Assembly: GCA_016710075.1 (NCBI GenBank) | Contig: JADJLO010000034.1 | Location: 13,484-77,483 of the forward strand | DNA: 64,000 bases | Direction of reading: 5' to 3' | DNA from: Acidobacteriota bacterium | GTDB taxonomy: Bacteria > Acidobacteriota > Blastocatellia > RBC074 | Shown: piece by piece, positions 1 to 8,147 of the stretch | Layout: each line of letters opens with the position of its first letter | Numbering within the stretch: position 1 is the stretch's first letter | Notes under the pieces: model-generated | Told to the model about the DNA's origin: nothing | Seen by the model: the letters and a program-made list of their open reading frames with translations, nothing else | Database searches by the model: none | Made by a program: the position numbers and the translations under genes

Positions 1-959
1 ATGAGAGAGGCGGCGAGGACAACATCACGGTCATCATAGCCCAGTTTTCAGGCAGCAGCCTGCCGGTGGCGGATGACGATGCGATCGAGCCGCAGAGCCT
101 GGCCAGGTCGCCTGACACGCCGACCGAGATCAATTGGGGGATTGGAGCCAAGACTGACCCGCTCAATCAGTCGGATCTGACGGATCAGAAAAAGGAAGAG
201 ATCAGTTCCAAAGCGACTGAGCCGCTGCCGCCCCCACCGACACAGTCGTATCCTTTCACCTCCAAATTAGTCAAAGAAACATTGGAAACAACGGCCCGCA
301 CAAACGATCTTTCAGATCGTCGCGGGCCAATTACATCTGTATTCGCCGCCATGGATTTTGAAGAAAAACCCGGTGTCGAGTCCAGTGAGAGTTCCGCAGC
401 CGATCAAAGAGTCACACAGCCTCTGGCATCTGATGAATCTGTCTCGTCGCCCGCCGATCCGGTTTACAACAAACCATCTTCGTCCGAACCGAAAAAGAAT
501 CATCCCGCCGATCACCCCGCGAGGCGCAACTCCAAAGGCAGCCTGATAATCATCTCCGGCCTGGTGCTGTTGAGCGCCGTTGCCCTGATTGTCGTCTTGT
601 CGCTCTATCTCAAAAAGCAGTCAGAGCAGAGAACCGTACAGGAGCAGGAAGTCGAGAAACAAAATCAGAAAGACGGCAAAATCAGCCGGCTCCGCGAGAA
701 GATAGTCGAAATCAATAAAAGGCTGCAGGCCATAGAAAAACCTTCACTCAGGGATAAGCGCGAAAGCTGGGAAGACAGTCTCAGGAAATTAGGCACACGC
801 CTCGACGGAGCAGCCCAAATGTCTCCGAATGACATGCAATTGATCAATCAGGTGTGCGACGAGATAGGCAATGAGTTGAAGAAGATCGAGGATGAAGTCA
901 ACAACCTTCAGGGCCTGATACCTCAGCAGCAGAACAATCGTGACCCCGTCAAAGTCTAA
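1..959 (+). CDS. PP2C-family Ser/Thr phosphatase, 3' part (5' end outside window) with Pro/Ser-rich linker, one TM helix and coiled-coil tail
   Basis: Frame 3 is open from nt 3 and reads ...GEDNITVIIAQF (PP2C C-terminal motif) straight into the listed 66..959 ORF. TM segment LIIISGLVLLSAVALIVVLSLYL, then a heptad-rich charged tail. Confidence 0.6.
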   Translation, partial: ERGGEDNITVIIAQFSGSSLPVADDDAIEPQSLARSPDTPTEINWGIGAKTDPLNQSDLTDQKKEEISSKATEPLPPPPTQSYPFTSKLVKETLETTARTNDLSDRRGPITSVFAAMDFEEKPGVESSESSAADQRVTQPLASDESVSSPADPVYNKPSSSEPKKNHPADHPARRNSKGSLIIISGLVLLSAVALIVVLSLYLKKQSEQRTVQEQEVEKQNQKDGKISRLREKIVEINKRLQAIEKPSLRDKRESWEDSLRKLGTRLDGAAQMSPNDMQLINQVCDEIGNELKKIEDEVNNLQGLIPQQQNNRDPVKV

Positions 960-1130
960 AACAAGAAAAGATCACAAAACAAACGGAAGATTTTCAGGCG
1001 GTCAAGGTAGAGGCAAGATCAGCCAGGATTTCGAAAGGCGAAACTTTTTGATAACCACGACTTATCCTGGTTTCAGGTTCCTTTCGTTTGTTTCGTTTAT
1101 TTTGTCTGTTTCGTAATCCTTCTTCCTCCC

Positions 1131-1870
1131 TCACAAGGCAATCACGAAAACCGATTTGACGCCGGGGATTTTGCGAATCTCTGAGACTACAGCGCCGACG
1201 TCGGCTTTGTTCTGTGGTGGAATTTTCAGGGTTACAGTGCCTGATTTGACGCTCGAAAACCATTTCTCGGTTTCAGGCCTGGCATCGAGAACCTCTCTGA
1301 CATCGGCCTGAACAACGGCCTCGCTTCTGCCGATCATGGCGGTGCTCGCCTTTTGGGTTCCCCGCCCGACGGATCTGGCGCCCTTGACGGTCGCATTTCC
1401 AACTCCCTGGGCTGTCTCTTTGGTTTTCGAGACAACGGTGGAGCTGGCGTCCCAGGTTTTCTCGAGGCCGGTTTGTGTTCCCTCTTTGCCCCTGACTGCG
1501 GTGCTTGAACCTGCCCTTCCGGTCGCGGAGGTCGCGTCCTTGATTCCATAACCGATTGCGGGCAAAGTGCCGCCGCGGCGCAGGCTTTCGGCTCCTTTTC
1601 CGGTTGCGGGATATTTCAACTGAAGCCTCTCATAAGTGGGCCGGTCAATTCTCCCGGTGACTTTTAAGGCGTTGGCTTGCTGAATGACTTGACCGCTTCG
1701 CGGGTATCCCGATCGAGGACGCCGGTTGGTTTGGATTTGTAAAACCCGCGGTGAATCAATTCGGCCTGGACTGCGGTGACCTCTTTTTCGGTGATTCTCC
1801 ATTGAACCACGCCATCTACAGGCCGGCCATCATCCTGCACAACTGCGGCCATGGTTGCTGCCGGCAGCAT
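1131..1870 (-). CDS. PG_binding_1 + BON domain protein (apparent 1-nt deletion in a CC run near 1680 splits it into two ORFs)
   Basis: ORF 1664..1870 carries EVTAVQAELIHRGFYKSKPTGVLDRDTREAVKSF (PG-binding). ORF 1131..1802 carries ANALKVTGRIDRPTYERL and a C-terminal BON-like VQADVREVLDARPE...GTVTLKIP...IPGVKSV. Inserting one C in 'ttcagc' joins ...AVKSF to QQANALKVTG. Confidence 0.5.
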
Positions 1871-1946
1871 TATCAGCGATGCAGGTGATAACCGATTTTC
1901 TGATCATACTTTTTCTCCTAAGCTATTTTCGACGACCGACATGATC

Positions 1947-3368
1947 TTAATGGTCCGATTTTCCGTCTTCAGGCCCGGCCGGCTTCTTGAACGGATTGCG
2001 TTTTTCGCGAGGCATCTGGATCCGGTATTTTCTGATTTTGCTGTAGAGCCTTGGACGGTAGATGCCGAGGATCGCGGCGGCGGCCTGTTTGTTGCCTCTC
2101 GTCCGTTCAAGCGTTTGAGCAATAACCAGCTTTTCAATCTCCTCAAGGGTAAAGTTGGGCGGCACATAAAATGCGTTGACCGGCAGGTCATTGGCCGATT
2201 CGCCGAAAGGCAGGTCTTCAGGCTCTATCCTGCTGCCTTTGGCAAGGAGCACTGCACGTTCAATTGCATTCTGAAGTTCCCTGACATTTCCCGGCCATCG
2301 GTGTGTAAAGACACGCTGATAAGCGGCCTGAGTGAATCCCTGAAGCGGGCGGTTGTATTTCTCCCTGAATTTATTGAAGAAGAAATCGGTCAGCAGTTGC
2401 AGATCTTCGCTTCTTTCCCTGAGAGGCGGAACGTTGATGGTGATCGTCGAGACCCTGTAGAAAAGATCTTCCCTCATCATACCGTCCTTGATGGCTTCAC
2501 GGGGCTCGCGATTTGTCGCGCAAATCAGCCGGAAATCCGCTCCGAATGTTTCGGCTGAACCGACTGGCCGGAAACGGCGTTCCTCGAGCACCCTGAGCAG
2601 CTTCGGCTGCAGTTCAATCGGCATCTCACCGATCTCATCGAGCAGCAGGCTACCTCCCTTCGCCTGAGCGATCAGTCCTGACCTGTTCTGAGTTGCGCCC
2701 GTGAAGGCTCCCTTGACGTAACCAAACATCTCGGCTTCGATCAACTCCTTCGGCAGTGCCGAACAATTGACCTTGACGAATTCATGATCCGATCTCAGCG
2801 AGTTGAAATGTATCGCATTGGCAATCAACTCCTTGCCGGTCCCGGATTCGCCGATGATCAGCACATTGGCATCGCTCTTGGCTACGCTCTCAATCGTCTC
2901 GTAGATCATCTGCATGGCTTTAGAAGCGCCGATGATGCTTGAGAATTCACGTCTTTGAAAGACCTTGCGCAGGCTATGAGCATCGCTCAAAAGCTTCCGG
3001 CGTTCGAGCCTTTTCGACCAGCAGCAATATCTGTTCAGGTTCGAATGGTTTTTCAACAAAGTAGTAGGCGCCGGACTTGGTGGCTTCGACAGCCTCTGCT
3101 ACCGATCCGTGGCCGGTAATGACGATCACTTGGTTTCAGGAGAAACCTCCTTGACGTTTCTCAGAAGCGACAGCCCGCCATGATCGTCGTCCGGAAGATG
3201 AAGATCAGTCAGGACAAGATCAAAATTATGCCTCTTGACGGCGTTTATTCCGGTATTGAGATTTGATGCGGTCTCGACCTTATAGCCTTCGGATCCGAGC
3301 AACAGTCTCAGGCCATCCGTGATTGTAGGCTCATCATCGACAACCAGAATCCTCGATTCTTTGTTCAA
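1947..3368 (-). CDS. sigma-54-dependent response regulator, NtrC family (REC - AAA+ - Fis-type HTH), interrupted between REC and AAA+ domains
   Basis: REC ORF 3126..3368 (ILVVDDEPTI...DLVLTDLHLPD) and AAA+ ORF 1947..3059 (GESGTGKE, GAFTGA, C-terminal QAAAAILGIYRPRLYSKIRKY) are in the same frame. A TGA follows ETK. The canonical linker VITGHGSVAEAVEATKSGAYYFVEKPFEPEQILLLVEKA is readable in a second frame between two small indels (missing G near 3125, missing CT near 3008). Confidence 0.8.
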
Positions 3369-3423
3369 AGGGTGTCTTCTCCAGTGCGAATAGCAGCTTG
3401 CATGTACATGTCCATCTCCGGTT

Positions 3424-4104
3424 TCAGGATTGCAAAGGCAGTGAGACGTTTATCGTAACACCCCTATCTTCATTAATTGAGGCGACGACACTGCCGCGGT
3501 GAATTTCGATGATTCGTTCCGCAAGGGCCAGTTCGAGCGATCTACCATCGATTCTGTCGGCGCTCAGCGGATCGAAAAGACCGGCAACTTTGAGTTCTCC
3601 CGGGTTTTCACCCTTATCAATAATGGCGATTGAAACTTCTTTCTCCGCTTTTGAGAGTTGAATCACGACCTCGCCACCTGCTACCGTGGAATCGATCGAT
3701 CGCTCCAGGATTGCCTTTAGCGCCCCACTTAAAAGCCGGTTATCCAGTTCGGCCCGGATTTCTTTTTCCTCGAATCGAGTAACAATACTGACGTTTTTTG
3801 TACCGGCGTTTGACCGGCACTCCGACACCAGATCCTCGATCAACGAAACCAGGTCCGCTGAGCATGGTTTCAACTCCAGCGGCCTTGTCAGGCGACTTAA
3901 AACAGACGCCTGCTCGGCCATATTATTGATCCCTTCGATTATCTTGTCGGCAACCTCGACTCCCTCCGGATTATCCGCAAAACGCCTCTTGAGATATGCG
4001 GCATAGAGCTTCATTCCCCCGAGTTGATTCTTGAAATCATGGATCAGCTTTGAAGTCAGCCGGCCGGTGCGCAACAGATGTTGATTCTCTTCAACCTCAG
4101 TCAT
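3424..4104 (-). CDS. histidine kinase without sensor or TM domain (HisKA + HATPase_c)
   Basis: H-box HDFKNQLGG near the N-terminus; ATP-binding G-boxes (IIDKGENPGE...). Only 226 aa. Lies immediately upstream of the NtrC-like regulator on the same strand. Confidence 0.75.
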   Translation of the reverse strand: MTEVEENQHLLRTGRLTSKLIHDFKNQLGGMKLYAAYLKRRFADNPEGVEVADKIIEGINNMAEQASVLSRLTRPLELKPCSADLVSLIEDLVSECRSNAGTKNVSIVTRFEEKEIRAELDNRLLSGALKAILERSIDSTVAGGEVVIQLSKAEKEVSIAIIDKGENPGELKVAGLFDPLSADRIDGRSLELALAERIIEIHRGSVVASINEDRGVTINVSLPLQS

Positions 4105-4196
4105 AACTCGTTAAAGTCGTCTCGGTTTATTTCAAGGGGAGGATACTCGGTGCAGTTAAGCGAATTCATGCTAACAAAAAGCAGCGGCAATCACAA

Positions 4197-4335
4197 TTAC
4201 GCACAGCATGGAGTTCCTGCATGGAGTTCCGCCTTCAGGCGGAACTTCTCGACAATAAAGGCTAACCGCCTAAAGGCGGTACTCCATGCGGTTCCGCCTG
4301 AAGGCGGAACTCCATGCGGAACTCCATGCCGACTT
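4197..4335. repeat. structured palindromic intergenic repeat, copy 1 (27-bp perfect inverted arms GCATGGAGTTCCGCCTTCAGGCGGAAC around a hairpin core)
   Basis: About 105 bp are ~98% identical to 6810-6915. Arms GCATGGAGTTCCGCCTTCAGGCGGAAC / GTTCCGCCTGAAGGCGGAACTCCATGC; inner hairpin ACCGCCTAAAGGCGGT. Confidence 0.8.
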
Positions 4336-5939
4336 TATTTAGGCGCGATGGCAGACTTGATGAACTCAGCCGTATCCTGCTTCAATTTCGCGTGAGCCGA
4401 GGGGCGGATATACATCATGTGGCCGCCCTCGTAGTAGCCGAATGAGACGCGATCGGTGATCTGGCGATCATAGGCGAGGTGCGTCAGGTTGAACTCGGCG
4501 CCGCCGGGAAGCGTCGCCATATCGTAATGCCCGCAGACGACGAACACTTTCAAAAACGGGTTCCTGGCCATGGTCTGACGCAAAGCTTCGGTCATGTCCA
4601 TGTAGCGGTTCTGGACGTAAATCCAGGGCGCAACATTTCCCGATGTAGGGTAGTGGAGATCCGACTCCCACTTGAGGGTGTTCCTGATGTAATCCCGAAA
4701 CATGGCCACGTAAGGCCCCGAAAGCGCAGTGTTCGACGGGTCGAACTCCTGACGCTCACCTGCGGCATCGGCATCGAGCGCCGTGAAGCGACTGTCAAGA
4801 CGGCCTACCGTCAGCCGCTGATCACGCAGCAGTTCCTTGCGAAACCGGCTGGAATCAACCCGAAGATTGGAGGCGAGAATGTATTTGGATGACAGACCAG
4901 TGTAGCGTGCCAGTTTTTCAGCCATCGCGCTGCGCTCGGCATCGGTCAAAGTGTTACCTTTGATCAGTGCCAGCATGTAATCGCCCAGTGCGAATGAGCG
5001 CGCCTCATCAACCACCTGCTTCAAGGATTTCTTCTGCATGTCGGCCGGGAGTTTCTTGTGATACCAGGCGGTCGCAGCAAAAGTCTGAATCTGGACGGCC
5101 CAGGCAATATCGTTATTCGGAGCGGGCGAGAGCGTCTGGTAGGTCAAGAGGGCCGAGAGCAGGACGATGCCGTTGAGCTCGATGCCGTGACGCGATTGCA
5201 GCTCCTGCGACAGTCCGGCAGATCGGATCGTGCCATAGCTTTCGCCAATCAGGAACTTGGGCGACGGCCAGCGGCTGTATGTGCTTAGATACTCCGCGAT
5301 AAATTCCCCGAACGAGCGGATGTCGCCGTCCTGCCCGTGAAACTGGGCATTGTCTATGCCGGGCATGACGCGGCTGTAGCCGGTGTCAATGGCGTCGATG
5401 TAAACCATATCAGAGACATCGATCAGCGAGCTTTCATTGTCGACCAGTTGGTAGGGCGGTGCAGGCTGAAAGCCTTCGGCGGCCATCTGTACTTTGCGAG
5501 GTGCGAAGGATCCCATGTGAAGCCAGACGGATGCAGAACCGGGACCGCCGTTGAAGAGAAACGACACGGGACGGGTCTTTGGATCTTCCCCGTCCTTCGT
5601 ATATGCGACGAAGAACATACGGGCGGCCACCTGGCCGTTGTCGAGTCGGATGGGCAAGGTGCCGGCAGTCGCGGTGTAGTTGATTTCACGGCCGCCCAAA
5701 CGAAGGACATGCGAGGACTGAGACACCCTGGCTTCATTGGGAGTGGCGACTTCGTACCGGGCCGGCACGGGAGTCTGCTGTCCCGGAGTTTGCGGCGCCG
5801 GGGTCTGTGGCGCCGGCGCTTGCGGCGCTTGAGGTCGCTGTGCTACTGCGACCTGAATTGACATCATGACCAGAACAGCCGCGAGTAGTGTCTGTTTTTT
5901 ATGTAAGATCTCCTGTGTTGAGAGTGTTGTGGGGAGCAA
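4335..5939 (-). CDS. secreted S10-family serine carboxypeptidase
   Basis: FNGGPGSAS and GESYG(T) active-site Ser motif. Signal peptide KKQTLLAAVLVMMSIQVAVAQ. No ATG upstream of the signal peptide; a TTG start near 5939 is a guess. Confidence 0.65.
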   Translation of the reverse strand: MLPTTLSTQEILHKKQTLLAAVLVMMSIQVAVAQRPQAPQAPAPQTPAPQTPGQQTPVPARYEVATPNEARVSQSSHVLRLGGREINYTATAGTLPIRLDNGQVAARMFFVAYTKDGEDPKTRPVSFLFNGGPGSASVWLHMGSFAPRKVQMAAEGFQPAPPYQLVDNESSLIDVSDMVYIDAIDTGYSRVMPGIDNAQFHGQDGDIRSFGEFIAEYLSTYSRWPSPKFLIGESYGTIRSAGLSQELQSRHGIELNGIVLLSALLTYQTLSPAPNNDIAWAVQIQTFAATAWYHKKLPADMQKKSLKQVVDEARSFALGDYMLALIKGNTLTDAERSAMAEKLARYTGLSSKYILASNLRVDSSRFRKELLRDQRLTVGRLDSRFTALDADAAGERQEFDPSNTALSGPYVAMFRDYIRNTLKWESDLHYPTSGNVAPWIYVQNRYMDMTEALRQTMARNPFLKVFVVCGHYDMATLPGGAEFNLTHLAYDRQITDRVSFGYYEGGHMMYIRPSAHAKLKQDTAEFIKSAIAPK

Positions 5940-6159
5940 TCGCTCATCGTTAATTTCTTTGTTGTCTTCTCTGTTCTGTCTTTTTTTACTGGCCGAAATA
6001 GTAGCGCAAACAGTCCTGTTTGCGCTACATTCGCCGGTGAATGAATCAGGATACTTGAACTCCATGCCTCAAGACGACTACCATATTCAGGCGATTTTTC
6101 CGACTGTGCAATTCCAGATGGATTTGTGTTCAATTGAATATTACCGGAGGGTATCCAAG

Positions 6160-6771
6160 ATGAAGATTTTTGCGTTGCTTTTACTGACATTGTTTCTGAT
6201 GACGGGCGTGGCGGCGGCTCAGACGCCGGCAGCGGCGCCCGCGGCCACTCCCGCACCGGCGGAGGAACAGATAGCGGCATCAATCCTTGCCGCACCTGAG
6301 GAGTTGCGGGCCGGAGCCGCCGTTCTCGGTTACGATGCCCAGGGCAAACTGGTCACGCTGCGAAAGGGATCAAATGAACTGGTCTGCCTTGCTGACGATC
6401 CCAAAGACAACAGATTCAGCGTGGCCTGCTATCACAAGGATCTCGACCCATTCATGGCCAGAGGCCGCGAACTGGCGGCCCAGGGAATCACCGGCGGCGA
6501 TCGAAACGCACAGCATCGATGGAAGGAGATCGAGGAAGGAAAACTCAAGATGCCAAAGGAACCCAGGATGCTCTACGTCCTCTCGGGCAAAGGCTTTGAT
6601 CCAGCAAGCGGCAAGGTTGTCGATGGCTCGGTCCGCTGGGTGATCTACGTACCATTCGCTACGGCTGAATCCACAGGTCTTTCGATAAAACCAAAACGCG
6701 GTGAGCCATGGCTGATGGATGCGGGAACCGCCGGCGCTCACATCATGATCTCACCTCCGGCGAAACCGTAG
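6160..6771 (+). CDS. secreted hypothetical protein (signal peptide, Ala/Pro-rich linker)
   Basis: GGAGG 10 nt upstream of ATG at 6160. MKIFALLLLTLFLMTGVAAAQ signal peptide. The listed longer ORF from 5866 is an unsupported upstream extension. Confidence 0.6.
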   Translation: MKIFALLLLTLFLMTGVAAAQTPAAAPAATPAPAEEQIAASILAAPEELRAGAAVLGYDAQGKLVTLRKGSNELVCLADDPKDNRFSVACYHKDLDPFMARGRELAAQGITGGDRNAQHRWKEIEEGKLKMPKEPRMLYVLSGKGFDPASGKVVDGSVRWVIYVPFATAESTGLSIKPKRGEPWLMDAGTAGAHIMISPPAKP

Positions 6772-6776
6772 TTTAG

Positions 6777-6922
6777 TTCGGAGTACCTGCATGGAGTTCA
6801 TGGAGTACCTGCATGGAGTTCCGCCTTCAGGCGGAACGTCTCGGCAATAAAGGCTAACCGCCTAAAGGCGGTACTCCATGCGGTTCCGCCTGAAGGCGGA
6901 ACTCCATGCAGGTACTCCAAAC
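6777..6922. repeat. structured palindromic intergenic repeat, copy 2 (direct orientation relative to copy 1)
   Basis: Same 27-bp inverted arms and core as 4197-4335. The two copies bracket the divergent peptidase / secreted-protein gene pair. Confidence 0.8.
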
Positions 6923-6929
6923 AAGATAT

Positions 6930-7313
6930 ATGCCTGAAAAACCCTTTCGAATACTGATCGCTGAGGATTTCGATGATAATCGAATCGCGCTCAAACTAAT
7001 GCTCAAGCTGTCAGGCTATGAGGTCATCGAGGCCCGTGATGGAAGAGAGGCGCTGACGGCGACACGCGAAAAGAGGCCTCATGCGATCATCACGGATATC
7101 AATCTGCCGGAGATGGACGGCCTATCCGTCACCCGGGAGCTTCGCCGGGAAAGTGATTTCAGCCGGACGCCCATCATCATCGTCTCCGCCCATGACGGCA
7201 GCGAGATACGAGCGAGCGCACGCGAAGCCGGGGGCACAGCCTATATCAGCAAACCGATTGAATTCGATGAGCTCAAGCGCCTGCTCGATTCACTGCTCTC
7301 GGACGGGAACTGA
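6930..7313 (+). CDS. single-domain response regulator (CheY-like receiver)
   Basis: FRILIAEDFDDNRIALKLML...AIITDINLPEMDG...IIIVSAH...ISKPIEF. Start taken at the internal Met to avoid the repeat. Confidence 0.8.
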   Translation: MPEKPFRILIAEDFDDNRIALKLMLKLSGYEVIEARDGREALTATREKRPHAIITDINLPEMDGLSVTRELRRESDFSRTPIIIVSAHDGSEIRASAREAGGTAYISKPIEFDELKRLLDSLLSDGN

Positions 7314-7977
7314 CCCGGAGGATTCCTTCTCAGTTATGAGGCTGCGAACGTGTGCGACCAGCGCGGCGAGATCGCTTTTGCAGTAAAAGGCGAGTCTTGA
7401 GAGAGGTTCACGATCCAATATCAGGCCATTCCCGGTTTTCAAGCCATCAATGAATTGCGGTGTTAAGCATTCGGCCGAGCCTTCTTCTGAAAAGTAGATG
7501 GCATTGAACTGCCCCTTGAGAAGTCCTGCCCTTGCCGATGGCTTGATTTTTCCGGGATTGGATGGTGAAACGAGGATGGCGTAATCAGGGGTGACGTATT
7601 TCAGGAAGCTCGTCCCTTCGATCAAAACCCTTCCCGATCTGACGAGAGAGAGTGCTGCGGCCATGCCCTGTTCGACCTGGTCGTCGGTGGCGACCATCCA
7701 ATGGACATTTACCGTTCCCGCATCCCAATACCTGCCCGTGTCCTTTCCGGCGCTGCAGTTCTCATCCCTTCCGGAAAAAACCATGGGTTCTTCACCGAGC
7801 AGTCCACTGATGCAGCAGGTCTGAGGATCCTTCCCGCATGACCGATGATGACCGCGCGTGAGCTTGATCGCCTCCCATCCGGCATCTTGTGAAAGCTCCG
7901 AGATCAGATCGCAGAGCAGAGTCGTCTTGCCCGTGTTCGATGCGGTCCCGGAAATGGCGATAATCAGAGGCTTCATG
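7290..7977 (-). CDS. P-loop NTPase, MobB-like (uncertain family)
   Basis: MKPLIIAISGTASNTGKTTLL Walker A. The listed ORF N-terminus MFRLFRLFRN is translation of the adjacent repeat and was trimmed. Its 3' end overlaps the convergent response-regulator gene. Confidence 0.45.
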
Positions 7978-7983
7978 GGGAAA

Positions 7984-8140
7984 GAAAGATTACGAAACAG
8001 ACGAAATAAACGAAACAAACGAAAAAATTGAAGGGGCGGATTAGCCGATTTTCTTTAATTGCCAGTCCATCCAAAATGATTCGAACAATACCACCTCAAA
8101 CTTTTTCGCCTGTTTCGTTCATTCCGTCTGTTTCGTAATC
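7984..8140. repeat. MITE/BIME-like element: inverted pair of GATTACGAAACAGACGAAA(TAAACGAAACAAACGAAA) repeats flanking ~70 bp
   Basis: Left arm GATTACGAAACAGACGAAATAAACGAAACAAACGAAAAA; right arm ...CTGTTTCGTTCATTCCGTCTGTTTCGTAATCC. Same family at 965-1125, 34102-34250, 39134-39228, 52040-52215 and a half-copy at 54900-54950. Confidence 0.7.
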
Positions 8141-8147
8141 CATTCAT

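Noticed and set aside
3123-3128. TGA after the NtrC receiver domain as a second selenocysteine or programmed-recoding site
   Set aside because: Reading through the TGA gives nonsense (S-S-L-P-A-T-D-R-stop). The conserved linker is in another frame and is restored by a 1-nt insertion, so it is an indel, unlike the peroxiredoxin TGA.
4078-4395. 105-aa plus-strand ORF downstream of the histidine kinase
   Set aside because: Spans the palindromic repeat and the 3' end of the convergent peptidase gene; no RBS or motif. A structural-repeat artefact.
5866-6771. 301-aa ORF starting inside the divergent peptidase gene
   Set aside because: The first ~98 codons overlap the peptidase N-terminus on the other strand. 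A GGAGG-ATG at 6160 followed by a canonical signal peptide is the credible start.
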